In this document: one piece after another, positions 38,553-49,081 of the stretch
Position numbering within the stretch: the stretch's first letter is position 1
Layout of the letters: each line of letters starts with the position of its first letter
Assembly: GCA_043777595.1 (NCBI GenBank)
Contig: JAYWHT010000044.1
Coordinates: 73,060-137,059, forward strand
Origin: Spirosomataceae bacterium
GTDB lineage: Bacteria; Bacteroidota; Bacteroidia; Cytophagales; Spirosomataceae
DNA length: 64,000 nucleotides
Direction: 5' to 3'
Made by a program: the position numbers and the translations under genes
Notes under the pieces: model-generated
Seen by the model: only the letters and a program-made list of their open reading frames with translations
Databases searched by the model: none
Told to the model about the DNA's origin: nothing

Positions 38553-39448
38553 TTTTTACGCTTGAACCACTGATAAATCACCAACGACGTTATCACTACC
38601 ACTACCCAAACCATTGGGTAGCCATATTGCCACTTAAACTCGGGTATATGCTCGAAGTTCATACCATATACACCAACCAAAAATGTAGCAGGCATAAAAA
38701 ACACTGAAAATATCGTCAGAATCTTCATTACTTCGTTGGTTTTTTGTGCCGAAATAGACAGATAAATACCAAGTAGGTTATTTACATCGTCGTGGGTTTG
38801 TTCATAAATCATCGAAATTTTCAAATGTTGGTCTCGCAATTCTTGAATATACGGGTTGGTAGGTTGGTTGGCATATATTTGATTTATTACGTCATACATC
38901 AAAATAAAAATTCGTTTGCTGATACTGGTCTGGTGTTTGATAAAATACAACTTTTTTTGAAAGGACGGAATTGCATTCTTCAAAAACACCAATCGCTCGT
39001 ACTCGTCAATTTCATCGGCCAACATCAGCGCAGGTGCCTCGTAACTATTGAGCGCCTGTCGTAGTATTTTGGTCAGTAGTTGGTCGGAGGTGAGTATGGA
39101 GTTTGAAGCGGTATATCGGTGGGCAATTTCTGATAAAAAAGGTTGTTTTTGCCGATGAATGGTTATCAGAAAATCGTGGCTATAAAAAATGGCAATCTTA
39201 CTTGTCATTTCCTGAATAGTGCTGGGGTGGGCTTTTGTTTTGCAGTCAAATAACCTAATAATCAAAAAATTATAGTTGTCTATGTGTTCAAATTTTGGCA
39301 AATGCCCTGCTTCCAGACAATCTTGGACGGTGTAGTGGTGTAGGTGATAGTGCTGTACAATATCATTTAGTTCTGTTTTGGTTGGCTCGCAGAGGTCAAT
39401 CCATAAGAAGGGCTGAGTGGCAGACTGCTCAACAAAAATATTAGTCAT
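38543..39448 (-). CDS. corA: CorA-family magnesium/cobalt transporter
   Basis: C-terminal 'VGVYGMNF' plus two TM segments. Confidence 0.88.
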   Translation of the reverse strand: MTNIFVEQSATQPFLWIDLCEPTKTELNDIVQHYHLHHYTVQDCLEAGHLPKFEHIDNYNFLIIRLFDCKTKAHPSTIQEMTSKIAIFYSHDFLITIHRQKQPFLSEIAHRYTASNSILTSDQLLTKILRQALNSYEAPALMLADEIDEYERLVFLKNAIPSFQKKLYFIKHQTSISKRIFILMYDVINQIYANQPTNPYIQELRDQHLKISMIYEQTHDDVNNLLGIYLSISAQKTNEVMKILTIFSVFFMPATFLVGVYGMNFEHIPEFKWQYGYPMVWVVVVITSLVIYQWFKRKKWL

Positions 39449-40011
39449 TTGATTCTTAGCTCAATGTTTTTCAAGATTTCCATTTGCTTGGCTTGGCTAT
39501 CAAACAACACTTTGATTTGCTCTTCCAAAAGCAAATCCATTTTTTGGTGCAATGCCCTGATTTCGAGTTCGGCTTTGAGATTTATTAGATAATCATTTTC
39601 GGCTCTAATCCTGTCTTGTTCTTCTTGTCTATTTTGGCTCATCATAATGATTGGTGCCTGCAAGGCCGCAATACACGACAAAATTAGATTCATTAAAATA
39701 AACGGATAAGGGTCGAAATTGTCGTTTTTGGGGGCTATCGTATTGAAAGCAATCCAGATAACGAGAATGATAAAAAACGAAATAATAAAAGCCCAACTAC
39801 CGCCAAATCGTGCTACTTTGTCCGACAACTTTTGTCCACCTGTCAAAACTTCAATCGGTGGGTGAAGTAGGTTTTCGATGATGAGGGTTTCGTCTTCGAT
39901 GGCTTTTTTGACGATAGCCCGAAGTTTTTTTAGCTGCCTCGATTCAGCAATCAGTAGGTTATCAATGTCTTTGTCCATAGTGAGTATGTATAAAAAAATA
40001 TCCGTTGCCAA
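39445..40011 (-). CDS. DUF1003 domain membrane protein
   Basis: 'FGGSWAFIISFFIILVIWIAFN' and 'FDPYPFILMNLILSCIAALQAPIIMMSQNRQ'. It overlaps corA by 4 nt. Confidence 0.75.
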   Translation of the reverse strand: MATDIFLYILTMDKDIDNLLIAESRQLKKLRAIVKKAIEDETLIIENLLHPPIEVLTGGQKLSDKVARFGGSWAFIISFFIILVIWIAFNTIAPKNDNFDPYPFILMNLILSCIAALQAPIIMMSQNRQEEQDRIRAENDYLINLKAELEIRALHQKMDLLLEEQIKVLFDSQAKQMEILKNIELRIK

Positions 40012-40047
40012 CTTTTCTCTGACAACGGATATTCATCGTAAATATGG

Positions 40048-40719
40048 CTATTTTTTGGCCATTACTTCGTCTATCAAGCCGTATTCTTTGGCTTCGCTGG
40101 CTCTAAACCACTTGTCTCGGTCAGAGGCTGTTTCGATTTCTTGGTAAGTGCGGCCAGAGTGCGAGGCTATGATGGAGTAGAGATCTTTTTCTAATTCCAG
40201 CATTTCTTTCATCGTTACCTGCATATCTTTGGACGTACCCTGTGAGCCACCCGATGGCTGGTGAATCATCACCCGTGCGTGTGGCAACGCCGACCGTTTG
40301 CCTGGCGCACCACCCGTGAGCAATACCGCTCCCATTGAGGCCGCCAAACTCGTGCAGACTGTGCCTACATCGGGCTTGATGAGCTGCATTGTGTCATAAA
40401 TCCCCAAGCCAGCATATACCGACCCACCCGGGCTGTTGATGTACATGACGATGTCTTTTTTAGAATCGACCGATTCCAAAAACAACATTTGTGCTACCAC
40501 AATATTAGCAAATTGGTCATCGACGGGTAAGCCAAAAAAGATAATGCGGTCGGCCATAAGGCGAGAAAACACATCTACTTCTCTAAAATTCATGGGGCGT
40601 TCTTCGATAATGGAGCGAGTCATGTTTTGAACGCTGTGATTGGCGGCGGCATCGACCGTTAGGCCGTTGAGGCCACGGTGCTTCACTGCATATTTACGAA
40701 ATTCTTGTCCGTAGTTCAT
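40048..40719 (-). CDS. clpP: ATP-dependent Clp protease proteolytic subunit
   Basis: The catalytic Ser block 'CTSLAASMGAVLL' and the His block 'RVMIHQPSGG'. Confidence 0.97.
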   Translation of the reverse strand: MNYGQEFRKYAVKHRGLNGLTVDAAANHSVQNMTRSIIEERPMNFREVDVFSRLMADRIIFFGLPVDDQFANIVVAQMLFLESVDSKKDIVMYINSPGGSVYAGLGIYDTMQLIKPDVGTVCTSLAASMGAVLLTGGAPGKRSALPHARVMIHQPSGGSQGTSKDMQVTMKEMLELEKDLYSIIASHSGRTYQEIETASDRDKWFRASEAKEYGLIDEVMAKK

Positions 40720-40866
40720 GGAAGTTTTTATGATGGATAATAAATTGATTGACTAATAAATTTGCTTACTACATTTAACTCTAAAATAATCTATTTAGTT
40801 CTCTTCAAGGGCTTCAAGACAATGACTATAGGCTTAGAAAACTGACGTATTGTATTTTTAAAATCA

Positions 40867-41799
40867 TTAAAGATTAAATATACAGTTGGCTTGTGGCGGT
40901 TTGTTATGCAAAATTGCAAGTACATTTTTGACTGTCTGCACGCACATATTGCGGTATGTGGCGGCTGTTAGGCTGCTCACGTGTGCCGTTATGAGTGTTT
41001 TTGGGTGAACTATCAGCGGGTCTGTCGAGTGCGGTGGGGGCGAAGTGGGTACGTCTGCACCATACCCAGCCAACTGCCCCGTGTTGAGTGCATTGAGTAA
41101 AGCTACCTTGTCAATAAGTTGCCCTCGGGCTGTGTTGATGAGTATAGCGGTGGGCTTTACGCACAGTAAGGCATCGACATTGATGAGGTTTTGGGTTTGG
41201 GCGTTAAGTTCCAAATGGACTGAGATAACGTCGGCCATGGCCAATAATTGCGCTTGACTCACATACTGATAGGAAACATTTTTTTTTGATTTTGACCAAT
41301 ACACTACCGTCATTCCCAGCGCCTCCGCAATACGTGCTACTCTGAAGCCGATGTTTCCTAAACCCAAAATTCCGATAGTTTTGCCACCTACTTCGTCACT
41401 CACAAATGTATTACGTGCTGCCCAGTTGCCTTTTTTTACATCACTAACTGCCTGATACAAATTACGTTGCAGCATCAACATTAAGGCTATGGTATGCTCG
41501 GCTACGGTGGCAGCATTTGAGCCTGGTGCATTGACAACCTTGATTTGGCAAGCAGTGGCGTGCCGAACGTCGATATTGTCTAATCCTACACCGCACCGAG
41601 CTATGACTTTTAGGTTGGGGCAGGTGTTTATCAAATCGGCGGTTACTTTGCCAATACCCCGAGTTATGATGGCATCGACGTTGTGCAACACATCAGAATC
41701 GTAATTGTTTTCAAAACCATTCAAAAGTACTATACTGCCGCCGGCCTGTAATAGTTGGTAGGCTTCGGGGGCAATGGTTTCTAAGAGCAAAATAGTCAT
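40867..41799 (-). CDS. D-isomer-specific 2-hydroxyacid dehydrogenase family protein
   Basis: NAD site 'GILGLGNIGFRVA', 'NTARG' and 'LITAHVS'. Confidence 0.88.
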   Translation of the reverse strand: MTILLLETIAPEAYQLLQAGGSIVLLNGFENNYDSDVLHNVDAIITRGIGKVTADLINTCPNLKVIARCGVGLDNIDVRHATACQIKVVNAPGSNAATVAEHTIALMLMLQRNLYQAVSDVKKGNWAARNTFVSDEVGGKTIGILGLGNIGFRVARIAEALGMTVVYWSKSKKNVSYQYVSQAQLLAMADVISVHLELNAQTQNLINVDALLCVKPTAILINTARGQLIDKVALLNALNTGQLAGYGADVPTSPPPHSTDPLIVHPKTLITAHVSSLTAATYRNMCVQTVKNVLAILHNKPPQANCIFNL

Positions 41800-41802
41800 A
41801 GA

Positions 41803-42288
41803 TTACTTATGATAAAGTGTTGCATCTTTTGATTTATATCCCCTAAAATCGTTGCGGCCAGATACATAAATACCCGCCTGATATAGTTCGTCTTCAAAAA
41901 TAGCGGGGTCAATATAACTACCAGGTGCTGACGACAGCTCGACCAGATTGCCAGATGGGTCTCTGACAAATAGCTGGATTGCTCCATCGGGTAGTTGGCG
42001 TACTTTGCCCCAAGGGGCTGTGTCGATGATGCCGAGGGCTTTCATTCTAAAAAAAACACCACTAATGTCATCGACTTGTAGGCATACATGGCCTCTGAAC
42101 GAATGCACGTCGCTCCATTCTGTGAGGTGGAGTTGCTGCTCGTCGTTGAACTTAAAAAAGGCCGTTGGATAGTCGAACAAAAAAGCAGGTAATGGCTCTA
42201 AGCCCAGTTCTCGTTCATAAAACTCACAGGCCGCTTCGAGATTGCTTACCACAAGGGCTACATGATTGATTTTTAGGGCTTTGGGCAT
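41803..42288 (-). CDS. VOC (glyoxalase/bleomycin-resistance/dioxygenase) family protein
   Basis: 'INHVALVVSNLEAACEFYERELGL'. The start is moved to ATG 42288. Confidence 0.8.
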   Translation of the reverse strand: MPKALKINHVALVVSNLEAACEFYERELGLEPLPAFLFDYPTAFFKFNDEQQLHLTEWSDVHSFRGHVCLQVDDISGVFFRMKALGIIDTAPWGKVRQLPDGAIQLFVRDPSGNLVELSSAPGSYIDPAIFEDELYQAGIYVSGRNDFRGYKSKDATLYHK

Positions 42289-42547
42289 AGCGTTGGTGTT
42301 ATGTCTAAAATAGTTGAGTTTAATATTGACTACATACAACAATAATGAATGAACTCTCGACTAAATATAATTGAACAATTTTGGTTTGCAAAAAAAAATA
42401 GTAGGTTTTGATTTGATTAGTCATTTAGTTAAAGATTACGTTCTTTGTGAATCTTACAGGTTTCTGCCCTAAAATTGTTCCATTTGCATATCTATCCGTA
42501 TTTTTGTACCCAAAGTTTCATTTTCTTTATTTCATTTATCAATAGCT

Positions 42548-43594
42548 ATGTTTACAAATCTCAAAGCAGGTATATTTATTACGCTTGCTGTCTTGTTTAT
42601 TACCTTTACTTTTTATGGCTGGCAACTCGCCAAAACTCCCAACCTCCAAGCCGACAAGCCTGAGGCTTTTGTACTCTTGATTCCCGATGGCTCAACGTAT
42701 GAGTCGGTACTGGACACACTCAAAAGAAACGATGTCGTCAATGACTTCATGTCGTTTAGGTTTATGGCCAAACTACTCAATTACCCAGAGCGAGTGAAGG
42801 CTGGACGGTATGTTATTAAGTCCAACTCTGGTAATTTGCAGGTTATAACCAAACTCAGAAATGGCCTACAAGATGCCGTTAAGCTCACTTTCAATAATAT
42901 TCGCCTCAAAGAAGACCTGATAGATCGCATAGGCCGCAAGTTTGCTTTTGGGCCAGTAGTGCTGGGTCAGATGCTCAACGACGGGGCTGTTTGCCAAAAA
43001 TACGGTCTTGATACTGCCAATATCGTTAGTATGTTTTTGCCCAATACCTACGAACTATTCTGGAACACCAAACCCGAAAAGCTACTCGACCGAATGCACG
43101 ATGAATACAAAAAATTTTGGACATCGGCACGCTTAGACAAAGCCAAAGCCATCGGTCTCACTCCCGCTCAAGTGTCGGTAATGGCCTCAATAGTAGATGC
43201 CGAAACCAACCAAGAAGACGAAATGCCACGTGTAGCAGGAGTATATCTCAACCGCTACAACCTACCTATGCCACTCCAAGCCGACCCAACGGTGATTTTT
43301 GCATGGCGGGACTTTGACATCAAACGAGTAACCGAACGGATATTGGCCATACAGTCGCCGTACAACACTTACCGTAACCAAGGCTTGCCCCCTGGGCCAA
43401 TCAACCTGCCGAGTACAGTGGCCATTGATGCCGTCTTGAACGCCGAACAGCACGATTATTTGTATTTTTGTGTAAAACTCGGCGACGATGGTAAGTTTAC
43501 AGGCCATCACGAGTTTGCCGTTACTTACGAAGACCACCAAAATAACGCCCGACTGTATCAAAAACGACTGAATGAATTGAAAATTCAGCAATAA
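42548..43594 (+). CDS. mltG: Endolytic peptidoglycan transglycosylase (YceG-like)
   Basis: An N-terminal TM segment and 'MASIVDAETNQEDEMPRVAGVYLNRY...LQADPTV...SPYNTY'. Confidence 0.92.
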   Translation: MFTNLKAGIFITLAVLFITFTFYGWQLAKTPNLQADKPEAFVLLIPDGSTYESVLDTLKRNDVVNDFMSFRFMAKLLNYPERVKAGRYVIKSNSGNLQVITKLRNGLQDAVKLTFNNIRLKEDLIDRIGRKFAFGPVVLGQMLNDGAVCQKYGLDTANIVSMFLPNTYELFWNTKPEKLLDRMHDEYKKFWTSARLDKAKAIGLTPAQVSVMASIVDAETNQEDEMPRVAGVYLNRYNLPMPLQADPTVIFAWRDFDIKRVTERILAIQSPYNTYRNQGLPPGPINLPSTVAIDAVLNAEQHDYLYFCVKLGDDGKFTGHHEFAVTYEDHQNNARLYQKRLNELKIQQ

Positions 43595-43598
43595 ATCT

Positions 43599-44009
43599 AT
43601 GTTCACATACCAACACACGGGCATCAGGGTTCGTTATGCCGACACCGACCAAATGGGCTATGTTTACTACGGCAATTATGCCCGTTTTTATGAAATTGCC
43701 AGAGTGGAAGCCTTGCGAAGCATGGGCCTGACCTACAAAGAAGTAGAAGATAGTGGTACGATTATGCCCGTTTTCGATAATTATTCTCGTTATTGGCAAC
43801 CCGCACGCTACGACGACTTGCTGACGGTCAAGGTCATAGTCAGAGAGTTGCCGCTTGTGAGAGCTATATTTCAATATGAAGTTACAAATCAAGATGGCGT
43901 TTTGGTCAATACTGGCAAAACGACCCTTGTTTTTTTGAATGCCCAAAGCCAACGCCCAGTGCGTGCGCCCAAAATATTTGTCGAAAAACTAAGACCATTT
44001 TTTGAGTAA
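43599..44009 (+). CDS. Acyl-CoA thioesterase (4HBT/YbgC family)
   Basis: 'VRYADTDQMGYVYYGNYARFYE'. Confidence 0.88.
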   Translation: MFTYQHTGIRVRYADTDQMGYVYYGNYARFYEIARVEALRSMGLTYKEVEDSGTIMPVFDNYSRYWQPARYDDLLTVKVIVRELPLVRAIFQYEVTNQDGVLVNTGKTTLVFLNAQSQRPVRAPKIFVEKLRPFFE

Positions 44010-44020
44010 AATACCATAAT

Positions 44021-44932
44021 ATGAATTTATTACCCCAAAAAATAGTCAATACTTTTGATGAAGTGGTCAGGAAAAATTACTTTTTTGCCAAAAGTGTTTC
44101 CATGGTAGATATTTGGACTTTATTGGTCGATAAACTACTGCTCTACAACATTGACCAGCGAGCCGCCGCAGTGGCTTATAACTTTACGCTGGCTATTTTT
44201 CCTGCCATTCTGTTTTTATTTACCCTCATTCCTTATATTCCAATAAACGATTTAGATAAAATAATCATGGTAAATCTCAGAGGGGTTATGCCAGCACCAA
44301 TATATGAATTTGCATCAAATACCATTTTTGATATAGTTATCAGAAAGCAAGGGGGAATACTCTCCTTTGGCTTTTTGTTGGCATTGTTTACAGCCACCAA
44401 TGGTATGGGTGCGTTGATGACTGCTTTTAATATGGCCAACCGAACTGCTGAGGGGCGCAAACGTAGCTATGTTCGTACTCGGCTGGTTGCTTTGTGGCTT
44501 ACTTTAATATTGTTGTTGGTAATGGTTACGGCTATTTTAGGCATCATTGTCGGTGATTTTTTATTGGTTTATATGGGAAAAAAAATACTGGCCAATGAAA
44601 CCATCGTTATTTGGCTCATCGGTGCGTTGCGCTATGTGGGTATGTTTGTTACTTTTTGGGCAGGAGTTTCAATTATTTACCGTTATGCCCCCGACACTAA
44701 ATACGGCTGGCGACTGTTTAATTTGGGTTCTTTTACGACGGCACTACTCATTATTTTAGCTACGGCGGGCTTTTCGTATTATCTTTCCAATTTTAGTACT
44801 TACAACAAACTTTACGGCTCAATCGGTACCATTATCGCCCTCGTGATATGGTTTTATTTGATAGCACTTATGCTCATCTTTGGTTTTGAACTCAATATCA
44901 GTATCTGGAAAGCCAAACACCAGCGTAAATAA
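44021..44932 (+). CDS. YihY/BrkB family membrane protein
   Basis: 'RAAAVAYNFTLAIFPAILF' and 'IYRYAP', with about 6 TM segments. Confidence 0.85.
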   Translation: MNLLPQKIVNTFDEVVRKNYFFAKSVSMVDIWTLLVDKLLLYNIDQRAAAVAYNFTLAIFPAILFLFTLIPYIPINDLDKIIMVNLRGVMPAPIYEFASNTIFDIVIRKQGGILSFGFLLALFTATNGMGALMTAFNMANRTAEGRKRSYVRTRLVALWLTLILLLVMVTAILGIIVGDFLLVYMGKKILANETIVIWLIGALRYVGMFVTFWAGVSIIYRYAPDTKYGWRLFNLGSFTTALLIILATAGFSYYLSNFSTYNKLYGSIGTIIALVIWFYLIALMLIFGFELNISIWKAKHQRK

Positions 44933-44937
44933 AAAAC

Positions 44938-44970
44938 GCCGCTTACATGACATAAGCGGCATTTATATAT
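44938..44970 (+). terminator. Rho-independent terminator
   Basis: 'GCCGCTTA-CATGACA-TAAGCGGC' followed by 'ATTTATATAT'. Confidence 0.65.
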
Positions 44971-45320
44971 TACCCTAACCCATAAAAAAAAGATGCGTTC
45001 ATATATTTTGTACTAATTGCATCAGTCTAAATGTAATAAAAATCGTGCCAAAGTCAAATACAAAGACTATAATTAGGGTATTTTATTATGTATAATATTC
45101 TAAGTGTTTGAACGTGAGATTTTTATGTAAAATATTTTTTAGCTAAAATGTAACTACTTTTAGTTACCCCCGTCCAAATATAAAACCTACCTAACGAGAG
45201 CATCACCGTTAAATAAAAACTCAATCCCATCAAAAACAACTTCTACTTAATTTGCGTATTTTTATGCGCTACCCACCTGTGTATTTCAGAAAATCGTTAC
45301 TGTATAGTTAATCCAAAAAT

Positions 45321-46319
45321 ATGAGCGTTCAAGTAACAGTTATATGCACTTGCTATAATCAACAGCCTTTTGTGGAGGAATGCTTACAGTCAGTTGTGAG
45401 CCAGAGCTACGGCGATATTCAGCTTATTGTCATTGACAATGCCAGTACCGATGGCTCTGGTTGGGTCATCAAAGCATTTATGCGAGACTATCCCGCCATC
45501 GTTTACATTCCCAACGCTATCAATATTGGACTGTGTGCAGCTTTCAACAAAGGACTCGAAAAAGCTACGGGTAAGTACATAATCGACCTCTCTGCCGACG
45601 ACGTAATGACGCCCGACAGAATAGAAAAGCAAGTTGAGGAATTTGAAAAACTACCAGCCGACTATGCCGTGGTTTTTTCAAATGCCAGTTATATTGACGA
45701 AAAAAGTACTCAAATTGGGTTTCATTATTCGCTCAATAAACAAAAAAGAGCGGCTATACCGACAGGAAATATTTATAAAGAAATACTAAGACGGTATTTT
45801 ATTTGTACACCGACAATCATGGTCAGAAAATCTGCATTGTTCAGTTTGGGCGGCTATGATGAGAGCCTTAGTTACGAAGATTTCGATTTTTTTATTCGCT
45901 CGGCACATAGTTACAAATACCACTACATCGACGAAGTTTTGACACGAAAAAGAGTGCTGAAAACATCTCTTGGTACACAATTTTATAGAGTCGGCAACGA
46001 TATGCTCAACTCAAGCTGGGCCGTTTGCAACAAAGCCTATGACCTCAATCATTCACAAGAAGAATTTGACCTATTGGCTGTCAGAATTAGAGAATTTATC
46101 AAAAAATGTTTTGTAGCACAAGACCCAAACTCTGCAATTAAGTTTAGAAAACTGCTGAACTACATCGAAGAACCAGGCTGGAAAACCAATACCCTCGTTT
46201 GGCTATGCCGCCTGCGGCTGCCTGTCAATATATTTTATCAGTTTTATGCTCGCTGGCAAGCAAACCGTAACTTGGTTTTGATGCAAAAAGGAATGCCATA
46301 CATCCAGTTAAATGCTTAG
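45321..46319 (+). CDS. Glycosyltransferase family 2 protein
   Basis: 'VTVICTCYNQQPFVEECLQSVVSQSY', 'DNASTDGS' and 'DLSADD'. Confidence 0.9.
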   Translation: MSVQVTVICTCYNQQPFVEECLQSVVSQSYGDIQLIVIDNASTDGSGWVIKAFMRDYPAIVYIPNAINIGLCAAFNKGLEKATGKYIIDLSADDVMTPDRIEKQVEEFEKLPADYAVVFSNASYIDEKSTQIGFHYSLNKQKRAAIPTGNIYKEILRRYFICTPTIMVRKSALFSLGGYDESLSYEDFDFFIRSAHSYKYHYIDEVLTRKRVLKTSLGTQFYRVGNDMLNSSWAVCNKAYDLNHSQEEFDLLAVRIREFIKKCFVAQDPNSAIKFRKLLNYIEEPGWKTNTLVWLCRLRLPVNIFYQFYARWQANRNLVLMQKGMPYIQLNA

Positions 46320-46383
46320 ATTTGTGATAGAATTGTGAGACGAAGAAAATACATCTTGCATCATACATCAAATATCGGAAGCC

Positions 46384-47004
46384 ATGCCTGCTCAATTTTT
46401 GACTATCCACCCCCAAACCCCAGAAGCCCGCAAAATCAAGCAAGTAGTCGATTGTTTGCGAAATGGGGGTATCGTTGTCTATCCGACTGATACTGTTTAT
46501 GCCCTCGGTTGCGACATACACAATGCCCGTGCCGTTGAGCGTATTGCCAAACTGAAAGGAATCAAACCCCAAAAAAACGATTTTTCGTTTATCTGTTCAG
46601 ACCTTAGCCACATAGCCGACTATGCCAAGGTGGGTAACAATGCTTTCAAGATCATGAAAAAAGCCCTGCCTGGTGCTTTTACGTTTATATTGGAAGCCAG
46701 CCACAAAGTACCTAAAATACTCAATACCAATAAGAAAACGATAGGTATTCGCATACCCGACCATGCCATTACGCACTTGATAGTAAAAGAATTGGAAAAT
46801 CCGATTATCACTACATCTATCAAAGACGACGACGACATACGAGAATACCCAACTGACCCCGAAGAGATTTTTGAGCGGTTTCAACACAGTGTAGATATTG
46901 TTATCGATGGGGGTTTCGGTGGTCTTGTACCATCGACAGTTATAAGAGCTACCAACGACGATTTTGAGGTCGTAAGGCAAGGCTTAGGCCAGTGGGTTTG
47001 GTGA
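46384..47004 (+). CDS. tsaC: L-threonylcarbamoyladenylate synthase (YrdC/TsaC type)
   Basis: '[17 protein letters not shown]' and 'LPGAFTFIL'. Confidence 0.9.
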   Translation: MPAQFLTIHPQTPEARKIKQVVDCLRNGGIVVYPTDTVYALGCDIHNARAVERIAKLKGIKPQKNDFSFICSDLSHIADYAKVGNNAFKIMKKALPGAFTFILEASHKVPKILNTNKKTIGIRIPDHAITHLIVKELENPIITTSIKDDDDIREYPTDPEEIFERFQHSVDIVIDGGFGGLVPSTVIRATNDDFEVVRQGLGQWVW

Positions 47005-47007
47005 GGC

Positions 47008-47766
47008 TCAGAGTTTAGCTATATATTTGCGGCCCAACATTCGCATCTGGCGAGCTATTTGGGCTGTGCGATGATTGACATAGTTAGACGGATTTTTGAC
47101 AGAAAAACGCAACGGGCTGGGCAATACTGCCGCTATACGAGCCGCCTCGTTGCGAGTTAGTTCATAAGCCGACTTGCTATAATAACGCTGCGCTGCGGCT
47201 TCTACCCCAAAAGTCATTGGCCCTGTTTCGGCTATGTTCAGATATACCTCCAAGATGCGTTCTTTGCCCCAAATCAATTCTATTAAAGCCGTAAAATAAA
47301 CCTCTAATATTTTACGAATATAACTGCGACCGTGCCACAAAAATACATTTTTGGCCACTTGCTGTGAAATTGTGCTTGCTCCCTTAATTTTTCTGCCACG
47401 CATATTGTTCTTGAATGCGCCATTCATGGCTTTAAAATCCATACCCCAATGGTTGGGAAATTGCTGGTCTTCTGAAGCTACAACGGCAAGGGCTGCTTCT
47501 TTGGAAATATTGTCATAAGAAGTCCAGTCGCTGTAAATCTTTGAACTTCGGCCATCGGCCATAGCCTCAAACTTGCGAGCAACGCTATGGGGCGTAAACC
47601 AAACAGGCATAAATTTGAGAACAACGACCCAAATCACAGAGCCAACCAAAAAGTATAAAATACCCTTCAATAAATAAGTTTTGGCCACCGATAGCCAGTT
47701 TTGCGTGGCTACTTGCTGGTTTTTGAATCTGGGTATTGGGTTAGGGTTGATACGGTTCTTGGGCAT
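47008..47766 (-). CDS. mtgA: Monofunctional biosynthetic peptidoglycan transglycosylase
   Basis: The GT51 motifs 'ASEDQQFPNHWGMD', 'GASTISQQVAKN' and 'RKILE'. Confidence 0.93.
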   Translation of the reverse strand: MPKNRINPNPIPRFKNQQVATQNWLSVAKTYLLKGILYFLVGSVIWVVVLKFMPVWFTPHSVARKFEAMADGRSSKIYSDWTSYDNISKEAALAVVASEDQQFPNHWGMDFKAMNGAFKNNMRGRKIKGASTISQQVAKNVFLWHGRSYIRKILEVYFTALIELIWGKERILEVYLNIAETGPMTFGVEAAAQRYYSKSAYELTRNEAARIAAVLPSPLRFSVKNPSNYVNHRTAQIARQMRMLGRKYIAKL

Positions 47767-47968
47767 AAGGTTAATTTTTAAATCATAACTCTCCAGTAGT
47801 CCTCAAAATAAACCATCTTCTAATTTTATTGGTTCGTCCGACATTTTAGTGGATAGCGAAACTAACTAAAATACGTTTGCGAAAATTTTGAAAATTCAAG
47901 AATCCATCTGCCACCCCTTTGAATGATTGAATTGTAGTTAGAAAATTATTTTATCATTCAAAACTCAT

Positions 47969-48054
47969 CAACTCAACACTGTTATGCACGCATACTATTT
48001 TTTGACAAAAGTAATGGGCTTCTTGTTATGTTGCAAGTAATGTTAGGATTTAAA
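47969..48054 (+). repeat. Left copy of the 86-bp direct repeat flanking the R-M cassette
   Basis: 80 of 86 positions are identical to 49825..49910 by manual alignment. Confidence 0.9.
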
Positions 48055-48167
48055 GGTGGTTTTTTATGTAAAATCGGTCATGATAACAGATTGCAAATTC
48101 ATTAGTGCAAACATTTTGAATACTATAATCTACATTTTATTGTACTCTTTTTTAGCAACTTTGTAGC

Positions 48168-48392
48168 ATGAATGACCTACACATAAAGTTGGGTATAATA
48201 GTTGCCAAAAAAAGAAAAGCGAAGCATTTTTCTCAGGAAGACTTCGCTGAAAAAGCGGGTATTCATCGTACCTATGTAAGTCAGATTGAACGAGGTTTAA
48301 AATCACCAACACTATACACGCTCTCTCATATTGCAGTTGCCTTAGATATTTCTCTTAATAAACTCATTTCTGAAATATCAAGCGATGAATAA
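48168..48392 (+). CDS. XRE-family HTH protein, restriction-modification controller (C) protein-like
   Basis: 'FSQEDFAEKAGIHRTYVSQIERGLKSPTLYTLSHIAVALDISL'. It overlaps the REase start by 8 nt. Confidence 0.8.
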   Translation: MNDLHIKLGIIVAKKRKAKHFSQEDFAEKAGIHRTYVSQIERGLKSPTLYTLSHIAVALDISLNKLISEISSDE

Positions 48393-49081
48393 ACAGTCGA
48401 AGTACATACCGAACCCACAATTTTCTATCAATGTCGGTTTTGATATGTCTGCTCAAAACGTGCTTGATGCCGTCATAAATACCAATGATTTCTTGATTAG
48501 CCTACCAGATACGCTCTATAAAAGTGTCGATTTCAAAACAATGGGGGCTTTAATTGGGAGTATTTTTTGTAATAAATTATCAAAAACACTCAATGGTGCA
48601 ATGGTCAACCCAATCGAAAAAGGACACCCAGATATCATACCTATCGCAGGATTAGGGGCGAAAGAGGAACTGCTCAGAAATTATCCAGTCGGTTTAGAGA
48701 TAAAAGGAACAATCGGTAATATAAAGCAGGGTAGTATAACTTAAGGGCAGGGTAAAGGCGAATTACAGAATTGACTGGTATCACGTGGCAAGCACATCAT
48801 AGAGAAGTCAATTATTTGTTGGGATTCTTATGGGATTTCTCAGACAAAATCAATGATTTTTATTTTCCGAATATAGTAGCTACATTTTTGCTGAAAATCT
48901 TACTCCAAATGATTGGGATGAAATATCTGGAACGACAGGTCGTAATACAAAGGTTACGGCTATGGTCAAAAATGGAAAGGAAAAGATGGGGCGGGGTTGG
49001 GTTATGATGCTAAATAACGAAGATTATTACACCAAAATACAGCACTTTCTACATTTTAATCATTTGATTGAAAAGGGTTAG
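48385..49081 (+). pseudogene. Type II restriction endonuclease remnant (several frame disruptions)
   Basis: Frame 1 (48385-48744) carries 'GHPDIIP...VGLEIKGT' (PD...E-x-K). All three frames are stopped at 48737-48755. The reading continues in frame 3 (48756 to about 48866, 'GITWQAHHREVNYLLGFLWDF') and then in frame 2 (48857-49081, 'EYSSYIFAENLTPNDWDEISGTTGRNTKV...'). Confidence 0.65.
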
